Source: Octopus sinensis
Taxonomy: Eukaryota
Direction: 5' to 3'
Assembly (NCBI RefSeq): GCF_006345805.1
Contig: NC_043015.1
Location: 21,142,001-21,206,000, forward strand
DNA length: 64,000 bases
The translations under genes were made by a program, and so were the position numbers. Numbering within the stretch: the first letter of the stretch is position 1; every line of letters starts with the position of its first letter. The notes beneath the pieces were generated by a model. The model was not told where the DNA came from and did not search any database. It worked only from the letters and a program-made list of their open reading frames with translations. Shown in pieces: positions 1-11,542 of this stretch.

Positions 1-1399
1 ATCAATGCAGCCCTTCTTTACACAAAATCTATATTAAGGTTCGTGTGTACGTGCGCCCTGTCAGAGACTCCACCCAAATATCTGAATAAGAATCAGAAAG
101 TATATATCAATGCAAAAACACATGTATGTATGTATGTTCGTATGTATACATGCGAATATGTATGTGTGTGTATGTTCATATGTATGCATATATATATATA
201 TATATATATATATGTTCGTGTGCTTGTGCCGCGATGAAACTCTTTGCGTGGCATCAACTCCCACATTGCTTCTTGACCAATTTCTGAATCACGCGCATAC
301 ATAGACATACGAACCATACCACACTCATGCATATACACGCACACACACATGCACACATACACACACACGCACGCACACTCAATAGAACGGGAAACGTAAA
401 AATTAATAATTCATTCCTCTTATCAATTTCATCGTAACCATGGCCAACAGATCAAAGACATAAGAATCGCTAGAATCAGATTACTTCAAAAGTTTCTGGC
501 GTTACTTAACGTAAATTCGCACGACGAATGTGAACAGATATTTTCAGGCATCTATTACTCCGTTTAGACCGAGATTTGTAACAAAGATGTCGTTATTATC
601 CCAAGGGGACAACAATATCTTCTACTTCATATCAAATCGTAACAGATGTCCATTCCTTTTATCTACATGTTTTTCCAATATCGTTGTCTTTTTGATAAGG
701 AAATTAAATATTTTTGCCGCAGGCACAATTTCTACTTTATATACATACTTACATACATACATACAAAACATACATATGTACAGATATTTACTTACATGCA
801 TACATATATTCTCAAACACATAAATAGAACACTACGTTGACATTATCGGAGATGAAGCGTGACATCAACATCACCTGCTACTATTACGCTGTCTATCACT
901 GAAGCTGACCGCTGTGTCAGGCCGCCATATATCGAAGGTAACTGACAAAATCCTGTAAGCGAATCTAGGAATAACATTGACAATGAGAACGACGAGTAGA
1001 AATATATGAAGAACATTCTAAATGAAGTCTTTGAAGTGAAACAAAATTTAAACCAAAACTTTGGGAAATGCGATATCTAACAAACCCCTCAAAAATAATC
1101 TGCGTTTAATGAGGCTTAAGAAAATCGAGTAGAAATCTTTTCAATGCTGTTAAGATTTTGTTTTTATTAATGTCGGTAGAGATGACTTCTAAATGATTGC
1201 AAAACATTACATTGGAAAGGTTGAAGGATGGAAGGAAGAAAGGTTGAAGGATAAAGGAAAGTTTGAAGGAGGATGGAAAGTTTGAAGAATGAAAAAAGGG
1301 CCTACGTTGGTTTTGAAAATTGAGAGAAAATTGATTAGTATACGGAGGATAATCCATATCATACACCAACGGATAAACAAATGCATTGAATAAACGGTG

Positions 1400-1800
1400 G
1401 AAAATGAAATAGAAATACTGTTTGGAAAAAAAATTGTTACAACTCAAATAGCAAAAAGCTCCCGCATAAGAGTAGAGTAGCTAAAAATAAAACTATTAAT
1501 ACAAATTTTGACTGAAAGCAATCAGTTGTATATAGAAATATGAGAGAACAATCAATAACTGTAGCAAAGTCTTTGTTCCAGAAAGACTCAGTCATTCTGG
1601 AGAAGGAAGTTTAATTAGAGTGCAGGAAAGTGAGAAGAAATACGGAATATATATTACCTTTGTATAGAACCAAAATTCTACAATTTGGTGAGATCGTGAC
1701 ACTGTGGTTCAAACAGTTCAGGATGCAAAAAGACCAGCAATGGACTTCATTGTCGGATTCTGATATTAAAAAGAAAATAATAGTAATGAAGTTTTTATTT
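1400..1800 (+). mobile_element. Highly decayed RLE-type (R4/NeSL-like) non-LTR retrotransposon fragment
   Basis: 1729-1773 translates KRPAMDFIVGF*Y*K, resembling the KAPGxDxIxGFWxKK motif preceding RT in R4-like elements; many stops. Confidence 0.3.
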
Positions 1801-2044
1801 ATGGTGAGAAAAGAGGGAGAATTCACTATCGCTGCAAGTAGAGGATTGAAATCATTTTAGTGCATGTATTTGATGGTGCACCGATGGACGAAGATATGCT
1901 GCGATCATCGCATCGTTGAAATAGAAACTTGAAGTCCTGTATGTGATTCTCTAACACACACACATCCACACATACAAGTATATATATATATGGAATGAGA
2001 TCACTGGTACAATCAAAATATTTCTCATGAGATGATACTATTTA

Positions 2045-2046
<2 letters not shown>

Positions 2047-2128
<82 letters not shown>
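2047..2128. repeat. (TCTA)n microsatellite
   Basis: Direct reading; the same repeat resumes after the adjacent SINE at ~2503. Confidence 0.95.
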
Positions 2129-2501
2129 GTGGAGGCGCAATGGTCTAGTGGGTAGGGCAGCGGATTCGTGGTCGTAGGATCGCGGTTTCGATTCCCAGAC
2201 CGACCGTTTTGAGTGTTTGAGCGAAAACACCTAAAGCTCCACAAGGTTCCGGCGGGGGTGGTGGTAAACCCTGCTGTACTCTTTCACCACATGTTTCTCT
2301 CATTCTTCTTGCTTCTGTTGTACCTGTATTTCAAAGGCCAGCCTTGTCACTCTGTGTCACGTTGAATGTCCCCCCGAGAACTACGTTAAGGGTACATATG
2401 TCTGTGGAGTGCTCAGCCACTTGCCCGTTAATTTCACAAACATGCTGTTCCGTTGATCGGATCAACTGGAACACTCGTCGTCGTAACCGACGGAGTGCCA
2501 C
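2129..2501 (+). mobile_element. tRNA-derived SINE, family A
   Basis: Head GGAGGCGCAATGGTCTAGTGG (A box) ... GGTTTCGATTCCC (B box); four similar ~375-bp copies in the window. Confidence 0.9.
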
Positions 2502-2574
2502 AATCTATCTATCTATCTATCTATGTGTTTGTCTGTCTGATTATTCGTCCGTCCGTCTATCTGCCTTCCTATAA

Positions 2575-2720
2575 ACGACGGGTTTGTTTTCAGTTTCCGT
2601 CTAACATATCCAATTATAAGGCGTTGGTCAGCCAAAGGCTACAGTTGAAAGTATTTGCCCAAGTGCCACGCAATGAGATTGAACCCGGAATCATGTGTCT
2701 GGGAAGCAACCCTTCTTAGT
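2575..2720 (-). mobile_element. SINE family C, 5' fragment
   Basis: Matches the head/core of the copies at 36994-37361 and 48760-49107. Confidence 0.7.
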
Positions 2721-2755
2721 ACGCATCTTTATGACACTATTCCGTCTGCTAGGTA

Positions 2756-3149
2756 AGGCGGCAAGGAGCTGGCAGAGACATTAGCACACCGGGCGAAATG
2801 CGTATCGGTATTTCGTCTGCCGCTACGCTCTGAGTTCAAATTCCGCCGGGGTCGACTTTGCCTTTCATCCTTTCGGGATCGATTAAATAAGTACCAGTTA
2901 CGCACTGGGGTCGATATAATCGACTTAATCCGTTTGTCCTTGTTTGTTTCCCCTGTGTTTAGCCCCTTGTGGGTAGTAAAGAAATAGGTATTTTGTGTCA
3001 CTTTACATTCTGAGCTCAAATTCGACTGAGTTCGACTTTGTCTTTCATCCTTTCGGCATCGATAAATTAAGTACCAGTTGCGTACAGGGGTTGATCTAAT
3101 CGACTGGCTCCCTCCCCAAACAGTTCGGGCCTTGTGCCTAGAGTAGAAA
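2756..3149 (+). mobile_element. SINE family B with internally duplicated body
   Basis: AAGGCGGC..GCTGGCAGA head, GAGTTCAAATTCC B-box-like motif present twice; copies at 11170 and 21709. Confidence 0.85.
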
Positions 3150-5241
3150 ATATTATTGTGTCTGCTTGGTCCTGAGCTGGAAGAACCGTTACTACGCCTC
3201 ACAAATTGCATAGCGGCATTTCTTCAGCATTTTCGGGCCAAATACAGTTTTTGCCGTGACTTAGCTCTTCATCTCTTCAACCGATAAAATAAATGTTAAT
3301 TGAGCTCTAGGTTCGATGCAATCGAATAGCTTCCACACTCTCGCAAAACTTAGGTCTTTTAACCTTAGCTGAAAGGATTATCTATTCTAGCTGCTCTAAA
3401 AAAAGAAAGAATAGATAAAATAAAAACCAGTAGAGCAGGATTTGGCAACGAAGTAACGGTATTGCAAAAAATATTCGGCGTCAGGCGGTGGAGGCAGTTT
3501 TGGTAGAACCCGCCTTTATTAACAAACATAATCAGCAAGACGAACTTTCATACCCTTTCTCACGTTTGTCTCAATCTGCGTCTCGTCTCGCTACGCCTGG
3601 GTCGAGGTACGTTTTAGCGACTACTTCTAGCAATCCGAGCAACCACATAGCGGTAAAGTATGACTATGCACTTGTGTATACGCGTAAATGTGTGTGTGTG
3701 TGTATGTGCGTGTATGTATGTGTGTGTGTGTGTGTGTGTGTGAACAACTACAATAAACATGAACAGCAACATAGTTTATTGTAGATGTTCATGGCGTTAT
3801 AATATACAACGGTTCACTGATTGACATTTAAAGTGAACTGGCTTTTGTGTGAATGTAATTTATGTGTCTGTGGCATTGTACATTGCTGATGGCCAATGTG
3901 TGTGTTTCTATCTGGGTGAGTGTGTGCGTACGTGTGTGAGTGTGGAAGTATGCGTGTGTGTATGTGTGTGCGCGTGCGTCTGTGAGTGTCGTGAATGAAA
4001 TTATGTGTGACAGTGTGTATGTATATGTGGGCGAATGTAGATAACAGCTTGTCAGCTTGTTACTATTATTCCGGTTCTTGACTATACACACAAACATATA
4101 TAGGTATGCATGTATGTATAAATGTATCCATCCATATATACATATATATATAACGGATATAATATATATATATATATGTGTGTGTGTGTGGTGTGTGTGT
4201 GTGTGCGCGCACACACATATACACAAGCATACAAATACACGGTTATGTACACACACACATATGCGTGTGGGATGGGCGCGTATTTATTACCATTTGATGT
4301 TTGAGACAGGAGTGTGTGTTGTCAACCATACTTGTCTATCCATCTCTCTCCCTCTCTGTCAACACACACATATATATATGTGTATATCTATATGTATGTA
4401 TGCCTATTGTTATTTCTGTGTATGTGTATACACACACACACACATGTGTGTGTGTGTGTGTGTGTACACACATTTGTATATGTAGGTATGTATGTTTGTG
4501 TATAAAACAATGACTGCACCCAGCAACAGGATAAACGAATAATGAATATCTGTCTATCGATCTTTTTATCCATTTTTATCGTTTTTTTTCGTTGCTATGG
4601 TTATTGCTTTTTGTCACCACACATTTCTTTAAACAGACATCACATCACAGTAGTTTCCAACGAATATCTTATAAATGTGAATCAGATCACACCCGATAAA
4701 GCACTCAGCCGAAACGAGTGTAGTGTGAGTAGCTGTAAAAATATATGTAAATGAACTCTACATCTGCATTATATAATATGTATTGACGAAGATGTCCACT
4801 TCGTTTTGTGTGTATTTACAAAGAATATAAGTGTATCTATGTATGGGTATTGTGATAGCACAATTCAAATAAAGAAAGAGTAAAATATTTATTTTAAATG
4901 AATGTAACAGTTATTCGTCTGCAGGTTACACTGGTTTCAGAATGAAGCAGACTGTGAGTTTGTAATGAAATTCTACATTCGTCAGGTCTTTGTAAGTAGT
5001 AAATAAAATTCATTTGTTATTTAGGAATGCCTGACGTATTGTAGGCTTTTTCGCTAGATCTACAAAGAATGATTGTTATATAAATATCGTAATAGCCTGC
5101 GTTTGATTAACTTTTATTCCGTATACAGATTAATAACTCTATATATGTGTGTGCGTCTCTATGTGCATGTTTGTGGGTGTACGTGTACATATACTTATTT
5201 ATGTGTATATTATATATAGATCTATGTGTGTGTGTGGGGGG

Positions 5242-5284
<43 letters not shown>

Positions 5285-5364
5285 GTGTGCGCGCGTGTAG
5301 AAAGTTGAAAAGGAACACATGGAAAAAGTCAAGGTAGAAAATGGTAAAATAGTTTTATAAAAAA

Positions 5365-5752
5365 CTAGCAATATCGCCCGGCGTTGCTCGGGTTTGTAAG
5401 GGAAATAACTATATAAGCATTTTTAGATATGTAAAGTATAATAGCCATCTCAATATGACTAACCACAAAGCGGGGGTGTTACTGTAGCTTTTTACGTTCT
5501 GAGATTTAATAATACATTTTTAGAGAGTTACTTATATAATAGCAAAAAATGAATTAAAAATGGGGAAAAATGATGGTAATTTTTTTTAAATCGTAGACTC
5601 ATCGTAGACGCGCGCTAATACCCAGAAGGCCTGGATATGAATCACGACTATAAGATACCCGCTTTTGGTTACACTGCACCGCAAAATGTGGGAGTAGTTA
5701 GGAATCTAAATCGTAGGAGACAGACACACAACTTCACTTTTATATATAAAGG
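5365..5752 (-). mobile_element. Non-autonomous Helitron
   Basis: Minus strand ends CCCGAGCAACGCCGGG hairpin then CTAG, begins CCTTTATATATAAAAG (variant of the TC start), sits between A and T with no TSD, and splits the fold-back arm cleanly. Confidence 0.75.
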
Positions 5753-5898
5753 TATTTCAGTGCCGGATTCAGTCATTGAGACTTTTTCAACAGTAATTTT
5801 TCAAAAGAATATTTGCATAGTATTTGAACACTATGCAAATATTTTTTTAAAAAGGTTTTCTTTTAATTTTTCCAAAATTTAATTGTTTTCCATACTTA

Positions 5899-5934
5899 TA
5901 ATTGAAAAAGTTCCAATGACTGAAACCGGTACTG
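5899..5934 (+). ncRNA. Candidate minimal type I hammerhead ribozyme, U3-A8 variant (helix I degraded)
   Basis: TTGAAAA-AGTT ccaat GACT-GAAA-CCGGTA-CTG; palindromic ACCGGT in helix III, GUA triplet. Confidence 0.55.
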
Positions 5935-6700
5935 AAATGCTTTCTATAAAATTATTTTAGCAATTTCTACTTTGACTTTTTCGATATATATGTATATATA
6001 TATATATATATGTATAAGGATGAAAAAGAACACACGAGTTGATATATATGAACAAATAGGTCAGGATAGAAAATGCTAAAATGATTTTATAAAGAACATT
6101 TCAGTACAGGTTTCAGTCATTTTCAACTGTAACAATTAAATAATTAAATTTAGAAAAATTAAAAGAAAAGTTTTTTTTTAAGAATAGTGGCATTTATAAT
6201 ATTAGTGGCATTTTCCTTGTTTCTGCCTTTCTCTGTCTCTCTTGTTTACTCTTGTGGGTTCGAGGTCGTGGTGAATTCTTGGTTGGGAAGAAGAAGAAGG
6301 AGGAGGAGGAGGATGAGAAGAAGGGGAGGAAGAAGACAAAGAATTTGGGAGTGCCTTGATTGTTGCATTTTGAATGGTCAGTGGAGGCTAGCATTTGCTG
6401 TTCAATTCATGAAAATATTTCTATTGAAAGTTTTGTTTATAGAATTTGCGCAGGTGTTATACTAAAAAGCATTAGTGATGAAGTTAAGAAGGAGAAGGAA
6501 GGAGAAGGGGGTGAAGAAGAAGAAGAAGAAGAAGAAGAAGAAGAAGAAGAAGAAGAAGAAGAAAGAGAAGGGAGAATATGAATGAGTGAAAGTAGTGAGA
6601 TGTTGGATGACTTAAAGTTGGCACGTTATGGAGTATAGCAGTGATTGAGGCTGATTTTTAATGGATTCTTAGGAATTTAATATTTGCGTGTGTATTTGTG

Positions 6701-7000
6701 TTACTCTAAGACCGAGACGGCTATATCGTTTGTCGTAGACGCGTTCAAAAGGGGCCTGTGTTTTGTAATAAAGAGAGTTTCTTTACTAATTCGTTGGCTC
6801 CAGGTTGCATCGTCCCTGAATTGGTACAGGGGAAAAATCCTGAAGCTTGGAGTTTTGTTGTTGGCGCAAATACCTATGTGTTTGCTGAATGCTATTTTTC
6901 TGATTTGGGGAATTTTTATCTGGGATCTGTGCATGGCCATTCTTTTACTTAAACTATTTTTTGTTTGGCCTATGACACCCAGAGCAAGTTAGTGTGTATA
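6701..7000 (-). pseudogene. PLE GIY-YIG endonuclease C-terminal remnant
   Basis: YTLTCSGC/IGQTKNSLSKRMAMHRSQIK..SKHIGIC..FRIFPLYQ..RISKETLFITKHRPLLN fits the GIY-YIG pattern (IY..C..C..YIGQT..R..H..E..I..P.LN); frameshifting deletion near 6975. Confidence 0.8.
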
Positions 7001-7517
7001 CCAGGTTCTCCGAAGCACGCGTGAAGTTGCTTTTCCCTGTTTGAAGGAGAACTCTGATCCCTCAAGTAGATCATCGCATATCCCACAATTGGGTCTTCCA
7101 CATTTTCTTTACTGTCGGCTTCTGTGTTGGTGAGCGTATTCGGGCTTGTGTTAGGAGACTTTTCATAGATTTGGGTTGTCTCTTGCTTTTTATGATCGTG
7201 TGTGTTTGGAGGATTAAGTTCATTCTGTGGTCCTTTTTTAGCAGCCTCGACTGCTAGCCTCCCTGCTAGCCTCCACTGACCATTCAAAATACTACAATCA
7301 AGGCACTTCCAAATTCTTCGTCTTCTTCTTCCCCTTCTCTTCCTCCTTCTTCTTTCCTAACAAGAATTCACCACGAACGACCTCGAAACCATAAGAGTAA
7401 ACAAGAGAGACAGAGAAAGGCAGAAACAAGGAAAATGTCACTTACATTTGAACACTAAACAAATATTCTTTAAAAAAAACTTTTCTTTTAATTTTTCTAA
7501 ATTTAATTATTTAATCG

Positions 7518-7559
7518 TTACAGTTGAAAAGGTCTCAATGACTGAAAGCGGTACTGAAA
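7518..7559 (+). ncRNA. Candidate minimal type I hammerhead ribozyme, U3-A8 variant
   Basis: CAG-TTGAAAA-GGTC tcaat GACT-GAAA-GCGGTA-CTG; helix I CAG/CTG, helix II GGTC/GACT. Confidence 0.6.
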
Positions 7560-7693
7560 TGTTCTTTATAAAATCATTTTAGCATTTTCTCTCTTGATTT
7601 GTTTTTTCATATTTATATATATTGGCTTATGATTTTCACTGTTTAATTTGCCTAATAGTGGTTTTATCTCAAATTTAATATGATATATATATA

Positions 7694-7733
<40 letters not shown>

Positions 7734-7742
<9 letters not shown>

Positions 7743-8265
7743 GGGTAATAAGAATTATAGAAAATTTTTATTACCAGTGGCCAAGCGCAAAAACTTTTGT
7801 CAAAAGCCTATATATTATTCATATAAAACATCGTGTACATTAAAACACATTAAGTGGCTTCCATCATAGGAAAGCCTTGCGCTAGAAAGAACAGTTAAAA
7901 CTTCAAACCACTAATTAGGGATAAATTCTCGAAAGGAATGAAAATTTAAAAAATATTTACCATCTAATTTAATTCCTAGACCATGGTTTCTGACTTATTT
8001 CGAGGTTTTAATGGCATCCTCTCGTTGCGTTTTCGCAGTGGATTTGAAAAGTTAGAATATACAAACAATGAGTTTACATGCGGAATCGATCTCGTTGTGT
8101 GTATATTTAAGATCTAAAGGCTACTTACTGATGAAGACTGGCCTCATGTAGCACCTATTATCTATCTTATTTACTCCACTACCTTATCTTACTCCACAAA
8201 TTGTAAACAAAATGATGATATATTGTAACATGTTCAACAGGATGCAACTAGTTATAAGTCAGAAC
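7734..8265. mobile_element. Probable PLE pseudo-LTR fragment with split hammerhead halves
   Basis: Begins at the edge of a (TA)n tract; CTTA-CTGATGA-AGACT at 8124-8139 (+) and AGTCA-GAAACCATGGTC-TAGG at 7975-7995 (-). Confidence 0.4.
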
Positions 8266-9188
8266 ATCATTTTTCGACAGAACAATAAACAATAATTTTT
8301 TTTCACAATTTTATGTAAACAATTATGATATCACTTATTCATGTGTCCCCATTCTAAATGTCATATGATATACTGCATGGCGAAAAGTTCTATATGACTA
8401 TTTCCCAAAATTCTTCGGGCGAATTCAAACATCCGTATGACTTGAACCACAGACATAACGTAAAACTGATGGTCGTGATACTTATTCCCCAAAGAGGTTA
8501 TAGTTGCCGCTGCTATTATTATATATATATAATTAAAAATGTAATACAAGTGGCCGGATGAACAATATAGGAAACAAAAAATATTTTCCAATATAACACA
8601 AAGAACGGACATTTTCCTCTTCAGTCATCGAAGAGGAAAATGGTTGAAATACACGAAAAATGGCGACAGTCAAAAAATCGTAAAAAATTAGGGATTTTCA
8701 TAGAAAAAAAGCACCTCTTTGATGTAAATAATTTTTGGTGTTAAAATGGTCCGATTTGAATTTTTTCTTCAACGGAAGGAAGAGCAAGCCTTCTTGTATC
8801 AGACTCTCAATTTTGGTCAACTTGCGCCGCAGGGTCTCGGAGGAGATAGTGTTAGTTGAAGGCAATTTACGCATGCTTGCACGCGTGGTGAACACAGTTC
8901 ACATCAAACAGCTGACTAAGTAAAGTTCACTATTCAATGCCTGAGATAAGGCCTAAAAAAATACATTATCGATTTTTGCACTTGCGAGATGAATTTCGGA
9001 ACAGTAATAGCGCAGTCCAATTTTCATTCGCCTAAACTTTAAGTGACCCATTTTTCGTGGTTCTACGATTTGTTGGCTAGGAGGAGATGTGTCGGGAAGT
9101 TAAACACACAGACACACACACAGATACACACACAGACACACAAGTTGAGATTTATATATATATATATATATACATACATACAGAAATG

Positions 9189-9224
<36 letters not shown>

Positions 9225-9325
9225 GATAGATATGGATATATGGGCGTGTGGAGTTTGTGTGGTTATGCACATTTCTTGATTTACCAAAGAGTTTCTTACC
9301 AGAAAACGGTCAAAGATATTCACGT

Positions 9326-9460
9326 GCAGATTGATAAATCCATATTGGAATCTACTTAACTTAAGATAGATATGGATTAACGTGGATTTAATCGATAACA
9401 ATGTAATAACATGATTCGTTAGAAAAATAAAACTAATCATCATACGTACAAGCATGTATA

Positions 9461-9513
<53 letters not shown>

Positions 9514-9759
9514 CGTGTGTGTGTGTATGTGTGTATGTGTGTGTGTGTGTGCATGTCTTTTTATAGGTATATATACGTATATATATATATATATATGTAC
9601 GTCTATATACATATACATACACACACATATATATATATATATTGATAAGAGGAATGACCACAAAAGTGGATTCCTATACGCTAGAGATAGACGTTAAATC
9701 ACTTCACATACACACACATAAATAGTATGTACGTCTATATTTATATATTATATATATTA

Positions 9760-9790
<31 letters not shown>

Positions 9791-10018
9791 CATATAGATA
9801 TATATGCGTAAATGTATATATAAACACTACATACGCGTGTGTTGGGATGTGTTCGTTTGTGTGTGTGTGAGTGTGTGTCGGTGTGTGCACGTATGCAGTA
9901 ATAGTGATCATTGTAGGTTGTTACCGAATCATTTTATTACATCGTTATCGATGAAATCCACGTTAATCTATATCTGTCTTGAGTTAAGTAGATTCCATTA
10001 TGGATTTATCAATCTGCA
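9326..10018. repeat. Inverted repeat (~93-bp arms) around a compound microsatellite block
   Basis: 9326-9418 is a diverged reverse complement of 9926-10018. Confidence 0.85.
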
Positions 10019-10217
10019 AGAGGAGGTATCTGTTCTCTTCAAAAATGTCTTCTACAGAAACAAATATTTTTGAGGAATTTGTCTGTACCGTATAACCCAC
10101 ACTACATTTTCATACACACACACACCAAACTCAAACGCGCGAGCGTACATACAAACATAGATGCATAGTAAAAAAGTTACATACGCATATCCCTCCTAGT
10201 TCTATCTCTGTGCATAA

Positions 10218-10254
<37 letters not shown>

Positions 10255-10261
<7 letters not shown>

Positions 10262-10565
10262 AAATATTAGGAATAAATCCAAACTTACAGGGAAAAATCA
10301 GATTTAGGATTGAATCCAATTTTATAGTAAAATATTATATTATATTAAATTAGAGATAAAACCACTATTAGGCAAATCATACAATGAAATTAGAGCCAAT
10401 ACATAAGATTAATTAATTTATATTTAAATATATATCAAAATTATAAAAAAGATAATGTTGATATATATTTAAATAATATAAATTAATTAATCTTATGTAT
10501 TGGCTTAAGTTTTTCATTGTATGATTTGCCTAATAGTGGTTTTATCTCTAATTTAATATAATATA
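10255..10565. mobile_element. AT-rich fold-back element in (TA)n
   Basis: ~100-bp arms sharing GAGATAAAACCACTATTAGGCAAATC; leader AATCCAAACTTAC.GG.AAAA.T.AGATTTAGG shared with 61550-62410; end motif also at 7640-7680. Confidence 0.75.
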
Positions 10566-10665
10566 TATATATTTATATATTTATATATATATATAAATAC
10601 ATATATACATATATACACATATACACACACACATATATACATACATACATACATACAAACATACA

Positions 10666-10697
<32 letters not shown>

Positions 10698-10752
10698 CGC
10701 ATACATACATGCTACAAGCTCATCGACATATACACGTACGTGGATAATCGTC

Positions 10753-11127
10753 GTGGCACTCCGTTGGTTATGACGAGGAGGGATCCAGTTGATCCAATCA
10801 ACAGAACAGCCTCCTCGTGATATTAACATGCAAGTGGCTGAGCACTCCTCAAACACGTGTACCCTTAATGCAGTGCTAGGGGAGACTCAAAGTGACATAG
10901 TGTTTGACAAGCCTGGACCTTTGAAATACAGGCACAACAGAAACGGAGGGAAATAGTGAAAGAATGTTGTGGTGAAAGAGTATAGCAGGGTTCGCCACCG
11001 CTCCGGAGCCTCGTGGAGCTTTAGGTGTTTTCGCTCAATAAACACACAACTCCCGGTCCGGAGATCGAAGCCTCGATCCTAAGACTGCGAGTCCGCTGCT
11101 CTACTCACTAGGCCATTGCGTCTCCAC
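10753..11127 (-). mobile_element. SINE family A, full length with TSD
   Basis: Reverse complement of 2129-2501; flanking direct repeat GTGGATAAT at 10740-10748 and 11128-11136. Confidence 0.9.
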
Positions 11128-11169
11128 GTGGATAATATATAAACACGTATAAGGCGTATATAAACACGT

Positions 11170-11542
11170 CAGCACGCCGGGCGAAATGCTTAGCGGTATT
11201 TCGTCTGCCGTTACGTTCTCAGTTCAAATTCCGCCAAGGTCGACTTTGCCTTTCATCATTTCGGGGTCGATAAATTAAGTACCAGTTACTCACTGAGGTC
11301 GATGTAATCGACTTAATCCGTTTGTCTGTTCTTGTTTGTTCCCTCTGTGATTAGCCCCTTGCGGGCAATAAAGAAATAGGTATTTCGTCTGTCGTTACGT
11401 TCTCATTTCAAATTCCTCCGAAATGGATTTTGCCTTTCATTCTTTCGGAGTCGATAAATTAAGCACCAGTTGCATACAGGGATCAATCTAATCGAGAGGC
11501 TCTTTTCCCAAAATTTTCGAGCGTTGTGCCTAGAGCAGAAAA
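11170..11542 (+). mobile_element. SINE family B
   Basis: Colinear with 2756-3149, slightly 5' truncated. Confidence 0.85.

Larger units (their letters stand above)
5322..5985. mobile_element. PLE-derived fold-back (inverted pseudo-LTR pair) interrupted by a Helitron
   Basis: Left arm 5322-5364 plus 5753-5796 is the reverse complement of ~5898-5983; central hairpin ATATTTGCATAGT/ACTATGCAAATAT; same sequence family as the arms of 6045-7690. Confidence 0.7.
6045..7690 (-). mobile_element. Internally deleted Penelope-like element with inverted pseudo-LTRs
   Basis: ~350-bp inverted arms (6045-6405 and 7268-7615) enclosing a GIY-YIG endonuclease remnant; no RT motifs seen; flanked by (TA)n. Confidence 0.8.
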
